48,807 nucleotides of DNA. Origin: Candidatus Ratteibacteria bacterium (lineage in GTDB: Bacteria; Ratteibacteria; UBA8468; B48-G9; DTJG01). A program made the translations under genes and the position numbers. Location: NCBI GenBank assembly GCA_049971295.1, contig JBMFLH010000004.1, forward strand, positions 1 through 48,807. Reading direction: 5' to 3'. Positions 19,701 to 28,733 of this stretch are shown piece after piece. The notes under the pieces are model-generated. The model ran no database searches. It was not told the origin of the DNA and saw nothing but the letters and a program-made list of their open reading frames with translations. Within the stretch, counting starts at the first letter, position 1. Each line of letters begins with the position of its first letter.

Positions 19701-20192
19701 AAAGAATACTGGTTTGGTGGATTGATACAAAATCTTAAGAGAAAAACAAGCAGAAAAGGGGAAAAGATGGCAATAGGGGAACTTGAGGACCTATACGGCA
19801 AAATCGAAGTCGTTTTTTACCCGCAAATATACGAAAGTATTTCAAGCATTTTAAAAGTGAGTAATATTGTTTTCGTGAAGGGCAAGGTCGAACATAGGTC
19901 CGAAAGAACTGCTATTATAGCGAAAGATGTTGCCACAATCAATACAGTTGCCGAAAAGTGTGCGAAGAGTTTAATGGTAAAACTTTGTCTGGATACTCCA
20001 AAAAGTGTTTTGTCTCAATTAAAAGAGGTCTTTGAATCTCACATGGGTAACTCAAATGTGTATCTCATTATAAACGATAACAACGGCGGTTATGTAAAAT
20101 TGAAATTAAACAAGTTTAGAGTCGCACTTGTTCCTGAACTATTTGATAAACTGAAACAGATTTTTCCTGAACAGAATATTTCTTTGAATTAA
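16770..20192 (+). CDS. dnaE: DNA polymerase III alpha subunit
   Basis: PHP domain FVHLHLHSEYSLLDG, GPGRGS, PDIDLDF, HAAG, LYRPGPM, YGFNKSH, C-terminal OB fold. Confidence 0.97.
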   Translation: MKDFVHLHLHSEYSLLDGMCRIDEVTKIAHQYEMPGVAITDHGALFGVISFYESALNHGIKPIIGCEMYMSPGSRFEKKITDKKEYAYHLTVLAANNKGYENLIELSTLSYIEGYYHKPRIDRELLSKFSDGLIILSGCLQSEINQLILSGNEESVLSTLHWYLDVFGKERFYLELMENGIREQTEVNKKVIEVARKNGIKIVATNDCHYLRKDDVFAHEILLCIQTGTNIEDENRLRFSSSEFYFKSPEEMQLLFKEIPEATKNTIEIFEKCNVIFNFSTHHIPRFPVPDGLSDAEYLEKLVYDGLQKKFGMSIDQEHEITKRVRYELDVIKKMNFSGYFLIIQDIVNEAKKRKIAVGPGRGSGPGSLVAYLLGITEINPLKYDLLFERFLNPERISMPDIDLDFDDTKRDQVIEYIRQKYGEKNVAQIATFGTMGARAVVRDVGRALKMGYTEVDRIAKLISSEPGAVLKEELANNEEIKRMIKADDRVKKLFDISIALEGLARHASTHAAGIVITDIPIYKYVPLFRGTRGEVSSQFDMIGIEKMGLLKIDILGLKNLSLIEEAINLVKIHKKVEITEFSENDKKTYDMLCRGESIGLFQMESQGMQELLRRIKPRVFEDLIAILALYRPGPMQSGMVEQYIQYKKDPSKIRYDHPLMESVLKSTYGVILYQEQVMKLASVIGNFTMAEADILRKAMGKKDPELLEKQREKFLKGAKQKGIRQDVAEKIFNNMAKFAGYGFNKSHSTCYAMIAYQTAYLKANYPLEYMTALLNSEIGNEDKIRMYIEEAERMNIWVLPPDIQESQEKFSIVGNDILFGLSAIKNVGQGAIQSILEARQQGKFESLFDFCQRVDLRLINRKVIESLIKAGAFDSFEEPRSHLYALMDEAIEQGSRLQKLNAEGQLSIFTKTEKFIPPSIHDAISELPEWPESKLLAFEREMLGVYRTGHPLENCRETLSHFVNAWSNQLSELTEGKEYWFGGLIQNLKRKTSRKGEKMAIGELEDLYGKIEVVFYPQIYESISSILKVSNIVFVKGKVEHRSERTAIIAKDVATINTVAEKCAKSLMVKLCLDTPKSVLSQLKEVFESHMGNSNVYLIINDNNGGYVKLKLNKFRVALVPELFDKLKQIFPEQNISLN

Positions 20193-20193
20193 C

Positions 20194-21228
20194 ATGGAAC
20201 AGATTATACAGACACTTTCCTGGAAAAACAGTTTCCTTGAAATTTTGGACCAGTCACTTCTTCCTTCAAAGGAAAAATATATTAAACTTTCCACAGTGAA
20301 ACAGGTTTATTCCGCAATTAAAAGTTTAAAAATTAGGGGCGCTCCTGCTATAGGACTTGCTGCTTCGTTTGGTTTGCTCCTTGCGGCAAAGCAAATAAAG
20401 ACAAAAAACAAAGATCGGTTTTTTCATTTAATTCACAATAACGCGACATATTTAAAAAGCTGTAGACCGACCGCCTACAACCTGTTTTACGGTATTGACA
20501 GATTGATTGGAGTTGTAAAACAAAATATGCATCTTTCCATTGAAGAAATCATAATGATGATGGAAAAAGAATGTATGACGATGTTTTATGAGGACCTTCA
20601 AAGCAGTGTCAGAATAGCAGAATTTGGAGAAAAACTTATCAAAAACGGAATGAGGATATTGACTCATTGCAATGCAGGAGCTCTTGCCACTTCAGGCATC
20701 GGTACCGCGCTTGCTCCACTTTATCTCGCAGCAAAAAGAAATAAAATAGTGGAAGTATTTGTTGATGAAACAAGACCTGTATTACAGGGTGCACGACTCA
20801 CCATGTGGGAGTTAAAAAAAGCAGGTATAAAATGTACTCTGATATGTGACAGTATGGCCGGTTTCATTATGCAGCAGAAGAACATTGACATGGTGATTAC
20901 AGGCGCTGATAGAATTGCAAGAAATGGTGATACTGCCAATAAAATTGGCACTTATTCTGTCGCGGTTCTTGCAAGATTTCATAATATTCCATTCTATGTT
21001 GCTGCACCCATCTCAACGTTTGATTTTTCTTTGTCCGATGGCAGTGTCATTCCAATAGAGCAGAGGGACAAAAAAGAAATTGAGTATATTGGTGGAAAAA
21101 GAATTGCGCCTGCAAACATTGATGTTTACAACCCTGCGTTTGACATCACACCTGCTGGTTTAATCACAGGATTCATTACTGAAAAAGGTATATTCAGACC
21201 AGACTGGATAAAGAATTTGACAACATAA
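20194..21228 (+). CDS. mtnA: Methylthioribose-1-phosphate isomerase
   Basis: LDQ, IRGAPAIG, RPTAYNL, LTHCNAGALAT, DETRPVLQGARLT, GDTANKIGTY, NPAFDITP. Confidence 0.95.
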   Translation: MEQIIQTLSWKNSFLEILDQSLLPSKEKYIKLSTVKQVYSAIKSLKIRGAPAIGLAASFGLLLAAKQIKTKNKDRFFHLIHNNATYLKSCRPTAYNLFYGIDRLIGVVKQNMHLSIEEIIMMMEKECMTMFYEDLQSSVRIAEFGEKLIKNGMRILTHCNAGALATSGIGTALAPLYLAAKRNKIVEVFVDETRPVLQGARLTMWELKKAGIKCTLICDSMAGFIMQQKNIDMVITGADRIARNGDTANKIGTYSVAVLARFHNIPFYVAAPISTFDFSLSDGSVIPIEQRDKKEIEYIGGKRIAPANIDVYNPAFDITPAGLITGFITEKGIFRPDWIKNLTT

Positions 21229-21244
21229 AAAAAAATGTTATGAT
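21217..21244 (+). promoter_or_regulatory. sigma70 promoter of the orphan 5S rRNA gene
   Basis: TTGACA (21217-21222, inside the last mtnA codons)-N16-TATGAT (21239-21244), with TGn extended -10. Confidence 0.75.
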
Positions 21245-21249
21245 ATTAT

Positions 21250-21366
21250 TCCCGGCAACCATGGCCGAGGGGAAACACCCGTTCCCATCCCGAACACGGT
21301 CGTTAAGCCCTCTGGCGCCGATGGTACTGTCCGCGAGAGCGGGCGGGAGAGTAGGTGTTGCCGGGA
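21250..21366 (+). rRNA. rrf: 5S ribosomal RNA (unlinked)
   Basis: 117 nt GC-rich stretch. Terminal helix TCCCGGCAAC/GTTGCCGGGA. Conserved ACACCCGTTCCCATCCCGAACACG, GTTAAG, GCCGATGGTAC and GGAGAGTAGG motifs. Helix CCGC-GAGA-GCGG. Confidence 0.97.
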
Positions 21367-21370
21367 TTTT

Positions 21371-22024
21371 TTATTCTGCGGCGTGATGCTTTATAATTTT
21401 TCCCTCGACCATAAAAACAACATCTTCACTGATGTTTGTTGACAGATCCGCAATTCTTTCAAGGTTATGGGAGATGCGTAAAAGTTGTAAAGCCCTTTCT
21501 ATTGTGGTAGGGTCTGAAATCATATATGTGATAAGTTCTCTTGTAATCTGATCTCTCAATCTATCAACGATTTCATCTCTTCTACACACACCTTTTGCAA
21601 GTTGTGCGTCCTGACTGATGAAAGATTTTAAACTATCTTTCAACATTCGTGTTGCTTCTTCAGACATTCTCGGGATGTCGATCAAGGGCTTCACATCAGG
21701 TTTTTCAATCAAAAACATAGCACCTTGGGAGATGTTTACTGCATGGTCTCCTATTCTTTCAAGGTCATTATTGATTTTTAAAATCATTAATGTTATTCTT
21801 AGATGAGACGCTTTTGGAGAAAACTGGGCGATAATTTCGATACACTTCTCCTCAATTTCAATTTCAAATCTGTTTGCGATTGTCTCATCACCTTCAATCA
21901 CCTTTTTAAGAAGAGATACATTTTTTTTCAACAGCCCTTCAATGCTTTCTGCGATCATATTCTCAACCAGTAACGAAAATTCAATGAGTTTCTGTTTGGC
22001 TTCATTGATTCTGTTTTCAATCAT
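21371..22024 (-). CDS. phoU: Phosphate signalling protein PhoU
   Basis: DLERIGDHAVNI and NLERIADLSTNI repeats. Confidence 0.95.
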   Translation of the reverse strand: MIENRINEAKQKLIEFSLLVENMIAESIEGLLKKNVSLLKKVIEGDETIANRFEIEIEEKCIEIIAQFSPKASHLRITLMILKINNDLERIGDHAVNISQGAMFLIEKPDVKPLIDIPRMSEEATRMLKDSLKSFISQDAQLAKGVCRRDEIVDRLRDQITRELITYMISDPTTIERALQLLRISHNLERIADLSTNISEDVVFMVEGKIIKHHAAE

Positions 22025-22034
22025 ACGGGTCTCC

Positions 22035-22793
22035 TTAACTGAATTTTCCTGTTAGATATTCTTCTGTTTTTTGATGTTCAGGCGCAGTGAAAATCTTTTT
22101 TGTTGGACCATACTCAATCAGTTCCCCAAGGTATAAAAACGCAACATAATCAGAAATTCTTGCTGCCTGAGATGTATTATGGGTCACGATAATAATTGTG
22201 GTTGTTTGTTTCAACTCTTCCAGAAGTTTTTCAATCATAAGTGTGGATTTTGGATCAAGGGACGATGTGGGTTCATCAAGTAATATGATGTCAGGATTCA
22301 TTGCCAGCGCCCTTGCAATACACAATCGTTGTTGCTGTCCACCAGAAAGAAAAGTTCCACGCCTGTAAAGTGAATCTTTGACCTCTTCCCAGAGTCCAAC
22401 TTTTTTTAGAGAATTTATCACAATTTCGTCTTTTTCTTGTTTCTGCAATTTTATTCCATTGAGAATGAACCCAGAAATGACATTGTCGTATATGCTCATC
22501 GTGGGAAAAGGATTTGGTCTCTGAAATACCATTCCAATTTTTCTTCTCACAAGAATCGGATTCATTGAATAGATATCATTGTCATGCAACAAAATTTTGC
22601 CTGAATACGTTGCATCAGGAGAAAACTCATGCATTCTGTTGATACACCTGATCATTGTTGTCTTGCCGCAACCAGATGGTCCCATAATTGCGGTGACTTT
22701 ATTTTGATAAACAGCAAAATTGATATTGTTTAGAATATTACACCTTCCAAAACCTGCATAGAAATTTTGAACAACTAAAATTTCGTTTTCCAT
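22035..22793 (-). CDS. pstB: Phosphate ABC transporter ATPase
   Basis: MGPSGCGKT, GMVFQRPNPFP, LSGGQQQRLCIARA, DEPTSSLDP, YLTGKF. Confidence 0.96.
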   Translation of the reverse strand: MENEILVVQNFYAGFGRCNILNNINFAVYQNKVTAIMGPSGCGKTTMIRCINRMHEFSPDATYSGKILLHDNDIYSMNPILVRRKIGMVFQRPNPFPTMSIYDNVISGFILNGIKLQKQEKDEIVINSLKKVGLWEEVKDSLYRRGTFLSGGQQQRLCIARALAMNPDIILLDEPTSSLDPKSTLMIEKLLEELKQTTTIIIVTHNTSQAARISDYVAFLYLGELIEYGPTKKIFTAPEHQKTEEYLTGKFS

Positions 22794-23620
22794 TTTTTTG
22801 AAATTGTCCTTGCAAGAAGATTAAAAGTAAAAACAATTATTAACAATACAAGTGCTGCTCCCCAGGCAATTGTGTGCCATTGCTGATAAGGACTTGTTGC
22901 GTAATTAAAAATCAACAAGGGTAAAGTGTTCACTGGTTTTGCAATATTGAAATTCATAAACGGATTGCCAAATGCAGTGAACAGCAGTGGCGCGGTTTCG
23001 CCTGCTATCCTTGCTATGGCTACAAGAATTCCTGTGATGATTCCGCTGAATCCCGCTGGTACAATCACCTTCAGTATGGTTCGGTAGTATGGTATACCAA
23101 GTGCAAAGGACGCTTCCCTCAGGGTTAACGGGATCATATTTAATGTTTCTTCTGTTGATTTTATCACAATCGGTAACATAATCATTGCAAGGGCAAAACC
23201 ACCGGATAAAGCCGAAAAGGATTTCATTGGTTTTACAATCCACAGATAAGCAATGATACCAATCACTATTGAGGGAATGCTGGCAAGCACATCAATACTC
23301 ACCCGCAGCAGTTCTGAAAAAGCGCCTTTTTTGTTTTCTGAAAGATAAAGACCCACCAGCAACGATATCGGTGTTGCGATAATAAAGGCAATGAGCACAA
23401 CGATGAATGTTCCAATAATTGTATTTGAAATACCTCCACCGTGTTCCCCAACAGGTTTTGGCAGATGAATAAAGAATTCAAAATTGATAGCTGAAAGTCC
23501 ATTTTTTATTACAAATGCGAGGATGCCTAACAAAGGTAAACAGGCAGTAAATGCAAAAATAATAACTACTATCGTAAACAATCGATCCTTGAAAATTCTT
23601 TTATTTATTTTTTCCATCAT
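22775..23620 (-). CDS. pstA: Phosphate ABC transporter permease
   Basis: IPSIVIG, LREASFALG, ARIAGETAPLLFT. Confidence 0.95.
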   Translation of the reverse strand: MMEKINKRIFKDRLFTIVVIIFAFTACLPLLGILAFVIKNGLSAINFEFFIHLPKPVGEHGGGISNTIIGTFIVVLIAFIIATPISLLVGLYLSENKKGAFSELLRVSIDVLASIPSIVIGIIAYLWIVKPMKSFSALSGGFALAMIMLPIVIKSTEETLNMIPLTLREASFALGIPYYRTILKVIVPAGFSGIITGILVAIARIAGETAPLLFTAFGNPFMNFNIAKPVNTLPLLIFNYATSPYQQWHTIAWGAALVLLIIVFTFNLLARTISKKWKTKF

Positions 23621-24594
23621 TATATATGAACCGCAAATTTTTTGATAATGATTTTTCCCGTAATGCTGATAATGGTTGTGACGATAAACAGCACAACTCC
23701 AATTTCAATAAGAGCTGAAAGATGGAGAGTGCCCACTGCCTCAGTAAATTCGTTTGCTATGATTGATGCCATTGTATTTGCCGGAGCAAAGATGTTTTTT
23801 GGCATATTATTTGAATTTCCTATTACCATTGTGACAGCCATTGTTTCACCTATGGCTCTTCCCAGTGCCAGCAATATCCCGGCTATTAAACCGTTTTTTG
23901 CGTAAGGAAAGATCACATGTCTGGTTACTTCATATCTTGTACTGCCAAGGGCATATGCTGCTTCTTTGATTTCAGAGGGTATCATCTCAATGATTTCTCT
24001 TCCGAGTGAAGCAGCAAAAGGTATAATCATTATTGATAAAACAATTGAAGCAGTGAGTATCCCAACTCCATACGGGGCAATGTTGAATTTAACCTGAATA
24101 TACCTGACAGCAGGTACAATTATAAATATTCCAAAAAATCCATAGACAACAGATGGTACACCCGCAAGCAAATCTATGCTGTTTTTTAAGAAACTAGAAT
24201 AAGTGCCACTTTTTGAAAACTCTCCCAAATATATAGAGATTGCGATAGAAAATGGAATGGTTATGAAAATTGCTATAAATGCAGTTAAAAGGGTTCCAGC
24301 GACAAAAGGTAATGCACCAAATTGTTCAAAAACAGGGTCCCACACTGTGCCTGTGAAAAATTTCAAACCAAATGCTTTTATTGAAGGCATTGAATTTATA
24401 ACCAAAGAGCACAAGATAGATAAGACCAGTAAAAAAAGTGTTATGCCAGCGAATAAAAGTATTGTTCTGAATACAAAGTCAGCCGGTGAGTGGTGTGTTC
24501 TGAAAAATGCCCTGACCCTGGAGAAAATTCCAGGGTCAGGGTTCAGATGGTATATTTCCTCAGTGTGATTTTGTTTTTTCCCTTCGTTTTTCAT
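23620..24594 (-). CDS. pstC: Phosphate ABC transporter permease
   Basis: WDP..EQFGALP, LAGVPSVVYG, EAAYALG, LGRAIGETMAV, IANEF. Confidence 0.95.
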   Translation of the reverse strand: MKNEGKKQNHTEEIYHLNPDPGIFSRVRAFFRTHHSPADFVFRTILLFAGITLFLLVLSILCSLVINSMPSIKAFGLKFFTGTVWDPVFEQFGALPFVAGTLLTAFIAIFITIPFSIAISIYLGEFSKSGTYSSFLKNSIDLLAGVPSVVYGFFGIFIIVPAVRYIQVKFNIAPYGVGILTASIVLSIMIIPFAASLGREIIEMIPSEIKEAAYALGSTRYEVTRHVIFPYAKNGLIAGILLALGRAIGETMAVTMVIGNSNNMPKNIFAPANTMASIIANEFTEAVGTLHLSALIEIGVVLFIVTTIISITGKIIIKKFAVHI

Positions 24595-24640
24595 TAAGTT
24601 TAATTATAAATTATCATACTGGATTTTGCAAAATATTTTT

Positions 24641-25687
24641 CTACTGCAGGATTCTCTTGCCGTTGTAAGTGATGGATTTTATAAGATTTTCTGCTTTAAT
24701 AACTGCATTTTTGGGAAGCGGCGCATAATGCAGTTCTGTTGCATACTTCTGTCCTTGATGTATCATCCACCACAAAAGATTTACAAGGTTTTTTGCTTTA
24801 TCATATGACCTGCTTCCGTAGTTTTGTTCTTTGTAGACCAAAATCCAGGTAAAGCCACTGATTGGATAACCATCTCTGGCATCAGTATCTGTGATGGATA
24901 CACGCATGTCATCAGGAAGTTTAATATCTCCGGCTATACTTGTACTTGAAATAGAAGGTTTTACAAGCACTCCGCTCTTGTTCTGAATTGTGGCAAATGG
25001 AGTTTTGTTTGAGAGAGCATAAATCAGTTCCACATATCCAATGGAGTAAGGAATCTGTTTGATGAGTCCTGCAACCCCAGGATTTCCTTTGCCACCAAGA
25101 CCACAAGGCCAGTTTACTGATGTACCTGTTCCAACTTTTGTTTTCCATTCATCGCTGATTTTACTCAAATAGTCAGTAAAAATGAAGGTTGTTCCACTTC
25201 CATCTGATCTGTGAATGGTAATCAAATTTGCGTCAGGTAGTTTAACTTTTGGATTTGCTTTTTGCAACTTCGGATTATTCCACTTTTTAATTTTTCCAAG
25301 AAACATCTCAGAAATAATTTCTGGAGTGAGGTTCAATTCAGAGATTTCTGGAAGATTGTATGCAAGAACCACAGCGCCCATACAAATGGGTATATGAACT
25401 ACATCAGCATCCATTTCTTTTAATTGTTGGTCTGAAAGAAATGCATCTGATCCACCAAAATCAACTGTTTTTTCTTTTAACTGCCTGATTCCGCCTCCAG
25501 AACCAATGGCTGAGTAATTAACCTTTATTCCCTTTTCCTTGTTGTAGGCGTCAAACATTTTTGAATAAAGCGGATAGGGAAATGTTGCACCTGCTCCAAT
25601 GAGTTCATTATCCGCTGCTTTGATTGATGCGCTGAAAACCAACATCAATCCGACAAGCCCTGCTATTAATTTTTTGATTTTCTTCAT
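24641..25687 (-). CDS. pstS: Phosphate-binding protein
   Basis: Signal peptide; GAGATFPYPLY, YSAIGSGGG, DFGGSD, HRSDGSGTT, YPISGFT. Confidence 0.96.
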   Translation of the reverse strand: MKKIKKLIAGLVGLMLVFSASIKAADNELIGAGATFPYPLYSKMFDAYNKEKGIKVNYSAIGSGGGIRQLKEKTVDFGGSDAFLSDQQLKEMDADVVHIPICMGAVVLAYNLPEISELNLTPEIISEMFLGKIKKWNNPKLQKANPKVKLPDANLITIHRSDGSGTTFIFTDYLSKISDEWKTKVGTGTSVNWPCGLGGKGNPGVAGLIKQIPYSIGYVELIYALSNKTPFATIQNKSGVLVKPSISSTSIAGDIKLPDDMRVSITDTDARDGYPISGFTWILVYKEQNYGSRSYDKAKNLVNLLWWMIHQGQKYATELHYAPLPKNAVIKAENLIKSITYNGKRILQ

Positions 25688-25712
25688 TTCTATTCCTCCC
25701 TTTGTATAATCG

Positions 25713-26903
25713 TTAAAACTTTATCTGTAATTGCGTGAACCACTCATTTTTGTTGGAACCAATGTCTCCGCCCTGGTCATCGTTTCTCCATCTATAGTTT
25801 GTGCTGATTTTTGTAAGTTTGTTGAGATAAAAATTGAAGCCAGCAGTAAAAATTGTCTGAGTATTTTTTGAAATCTGTGTGTTTGGGTCGTACACTTCGT
25901 ATTTCACCACCGGCTCTATGCTTTTGTGATTTTCGAGCGGAATGTTATAAGCGCATTGAACAAAATAACCATTTTTTTCTACATTTGAAGTCGTGCCTTT
26001 TTCTCCCTGGTCAATATACTCAGCAAGCATTTTGAAATTTTTGTAGTCATACTTTAACATGAAGTTATTCCTTGTTCTATCTATTTTGTTTAATCCTGTC
26101 CTTTGAGTTCCTGTTTGATAACCATAGCCAAACTTCAATCCAGAAGCAGGATTTTCACTGCCTGACCAGGGAGCAAATACAATTCTGCCTGTTACATCCT
26201 TATCGTCGTTGTCTTCAGATCTGTTTCCGCCGGTGCCATTTGTCAAAGACACGCCATAGTAGATTTTTCCATTGATGAAATTTCCGTCAAACATAATTCC
26301 TTTGTCATATTCTGTTGCCATATTGTTTACTGGCAGAGACCTTTCTATCGTGTCAAGAGCAGAAGAAGAAATATTGTATTCTTCAGAGAATGGAAGTTTG
26401 AATTGCCCAAGTGTAATGTTGAATTGTGGAAAATATGCCAGTTTGACCCATGCATCTGTGAGTAAATCATTGTCCTTTCCTTTTGTGGTGTCAAATTCAA
26501 TTTTGAAAGTCACTTTGTCAATCACTTTACCGGAAAGACCGATTCTCGCTCTCTTGATTGAAAATTCATCTCTTCTGCCCGAATAATCATACATGTCGTA
26601 CCTTCCCTGAAGATAACCGCCGATTTTGATATTGTCAGCAGCAGATGTTTTGATTGAATTTTTTGCAGGGTCCTCCTTTTGTTTTTTTGTGATGTTTTCA
26701 ACTGCCGAAAGCATTTCCTTGCTTTCTTCAGCAGTGATGATGCCTTTTTGAACAAGCAAATTCAACAGTATATACATCTCTTCTTTGCTTGCATGCGCCT
26801 TATTGACAGGCAGAAGTATCAACGCGAACATCACCAAACTGCAAAACAATATTCTTATCCTGTTGATAAAACCTCTGCATTTTCTTAATTCTTTTCCCTT
26901 CAT
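25713..26903 (-). CDS. Phosphate-selective porin (OprO/OprP family)
   Basis: Signal peptide ending AHA; LLVQKGIITxEE N-terminal helix; FSIKRARIGLSG, DAWV, GQFKLPFS; C-terminal Phe; first gene before pstS. Confidence 0.8.
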   Translation of the reverse strand: MKGKELRKCRGFINRIRILFCSLVMFALILLPVNKAHASKEEMYILLNLLVQKGIITAEESKEMLSAVENITKKQKEDPAKNSIKTSAADNIKIGGYLQGRYDMYDYSGRRDEFSIKRARIGLSGKVIDKVTFKIEFDTTKGKDNDLLTDAWVKLAYFPQFNITLGQFKLPFSEEYNISSSALDTIERSLPVNNMATEYDKGIMFDGNFINGKIYYGVSLTNGTGGNRSEDNDDKDVTGRIVFAPWSGSENPASGLKFGYGYQTGTQRTGLNKIDRTRNNFMLKYDYKNFKMLAEYIDQGEKGTTSNVEKNGYFVQCAYNIPLENHKSIEPVVKYEVYDPNTQISKNTQTIFTAGFNFYLNKLTKISTNYRWRNDDQGGDIGSNKNEWFTQLQIKF

Positions 26904-26940
26904 CCTTTTCCTCCTTGTTTGGAAAAATTTTTCACCATAT

Positions 26941-26994
26941 ATAGTACCCAGGATTTTTAAACAAAAAATAAAGAAATTGTTAAAATTGTGTTAA
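26941..26994 (-). promoter_or_regulatory. Pho-box-like 11-bp-period direct repeats and -10 element
   Basis: Minus strand reads TTAACA-caatt-TTAACA-atttc-TTTATT-ttttg-TTTAAA, then TACTAT (-10), upstream of the porin-pst operon. Confidence 0.7.
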
Positions 26995-27025
26995 TTTTTT
27001 ATCTGATGACTGAAAATAAGAATAT

Positions 27026-28732
27026 TCAGGCAGGAAGTTGAATAATAAAACTGGTTCCTTTGCCGGGCGTGCTTTTTACATCAATCGTTCCATTGTGCAA
27101 CAGTACTATGTGTTTTACGATGGAAAGACCAAGTCCGGTGCCACCTGTCTGTCTACTACGTGCTTTGTCAACGACATAGAACCTTTCAAAAATTTTAGGG
27201 ATATGCTGGGGTGGAATGCCAATACCTGTGTCTGAAACTTCTATAATCACAGCGCCCTTTTGATAAGTAACAGAAATAGCGATTTTCCCTTTTTCTGTAA
27301 ATCTTATAGCGTTGTCAATAAGATTTATCAACATCTGTTCAAGCCGGAATTCATCTCCATAAATTTCAGGAACATTGTTATGTGCCATTTCTATTGTTAT
27401 GCCTTTTTCTATTGCCTTTTTTGTAAACAGTGATATAGCATGATTTGCAATATCGACAATGTTGACCTTATTAAATTCAACAACAGGTGTTTCATTTTCA
27501 AGTTGAGCCAGTGTAATGAGATCTTCAACAATTTTTTCCAATCTTTCAGAATGATGTTTGATTATGTTAAGAAATTTTTTATTTTCTGAATTTTCTATGT
27601 CTTCTTCAATTGTTTCAATATAACCCTTGATTGCGGTGACAGGGGTTTTCAATTCATGAGAGACAGCGGTGACAAAGTCTTTTTTTCTTTCCTGAATATC
27701 TTTTATCATCGAGATATCGATGAGAACGATCAAAACCTGTTCATTTTCTTTTATTGGCGTGGATTTGCATAAAAAGGTTTTGTCTTTAATTTTTATTTCT
27801 CTTTCAATGATTTTTTTCGTTTCGCCTGTTTGTCTTATTATCGCAAGAATGTCAAAATTTTTAATTTTCTCCCACCAGAACCCTTTTGTTTCTGAAATGT
27901 CAAGTATTTTATTAAAGAAAAAATTTGATAAAACTATATCGCCATTTAAATCTATGATGCCGATAGGGAAATTAACAAATTCTGTAAATTTATCCAATTC
28001 TTCAGAAATCATTTTTTCCTTTTTTGTAAAACTTGCTATTTCATTGGCAAAGCCAGTAAGATTTTGCATGATTTTACCGATTTCATCGCTTCTATTGTTA
28101 ATAATTCTATCAGGGCTTTTTTTGGATTTTATTTCTTCGGTAAGAGCAAGAATTTCATAAACCGGGTTTGTCGCAAATTTCGCAAGTAAAAAGGAAAAAA
28201 CAATTCCAGAAAATAAGGATACCAACACTATGTTTAAAATTCTAACTTTCTGATTTATTAATGTGATTTTTGCTTTATCCACTGGAATACTTGCTCTAAC
28301 AACAATGTTGTTTTTATTGATGTTTTTTGCGCAATATATCATATATGTGTCAATTGTGGGGCTCCATCTGATGGCATTGCCATAACCACTTTCGATTGCC
28401 TGTTTGAATTCAGGCCTATCTGAATGATTTTCCATTTCTTCAGGACTTCTTCTGGAGTCAGCAAAAACATTTCCATCATGACGGATGATTGTGATTCTTA
28501 TTCCAGTTTTTTCATCAATGCGAGATATAAGATTGTTGATATCGTGAGGATCTTTTGCCATATCGTGGTTCTGAATTACTGTCTCAATGATATTGACCAC
28601 ATTGGCAAGCTTATTGTTGATATTGTCAATGTATTGTGTTTTTAGTAAATGGATAAATAAGAACAAAACAATTAATGCGATACCGAAAATAAACAAAAAT
28701 GACCTCAAAAATATCTTCAAAAATAGACTCAT
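27026..28732 (-). CDS. phoR: Sensor histidine kinase, PhoR family
   Basis: Two TM segments, ENHSDRPE sensor motif, HAMP, VSHELKTP, NLIDNA, FERFYVVDKARSR, GGTGLGL. Confidence 0.9.
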   Translation of the reverse strand: MSLFLKIFLRSFLFIFGIALIVLFLFIHLLKTQYIDNINNKLANVVNIIETVIQNHDMAKDPHDINNLISRIDEKTGIRITIIRHDGNVFADSRRSPEEMENHSDRPEFKQAIESGYGNAIRWSPTIDTYMIYCAKNINKNNIVVRASIPVDKAKITLINQKVRILNIVLVSLFSGIVFSFLLAKFATNPVYEILALTEEIKSKKSPDRIINNRSDEIGKIMQNLTGFANEIASFTKKEKMISEELDKFTEFVNFPIGIIDLNGDIVLSNFFFNKILDISETKGFWWEKIKNFDILAIIRQTGETKKIIEREIKIKDKTFLCKSTPIKENEQVLIVLIDISMIKDIQERKKDFVTAVSHELKTPVTAIKGYIETIEEDIENSENKKFLNIIKHHSERLEKIVEDLITLAQLENETPVVEFNKVNIVDIANHAISLFTKKAIEKGITIEMAHNNVPEIYGDEFRLEQMLINLIDNAIRFTEKGKIAISVTYQKGAVIIEVSDTGIGIPPQHIPKIFERFYVVDKARSRQTGGTGLGLSIVKHIVLLHNGTIDVKSTPGKGTSFIIQLPA

Positions 28733-28733
28733 T

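Noticed and set aside
16770-20192. Intein in DnaE
   Set aside because: 1140 aa is normal length and the motifs are contiguous; no splice-junction insert is evident.
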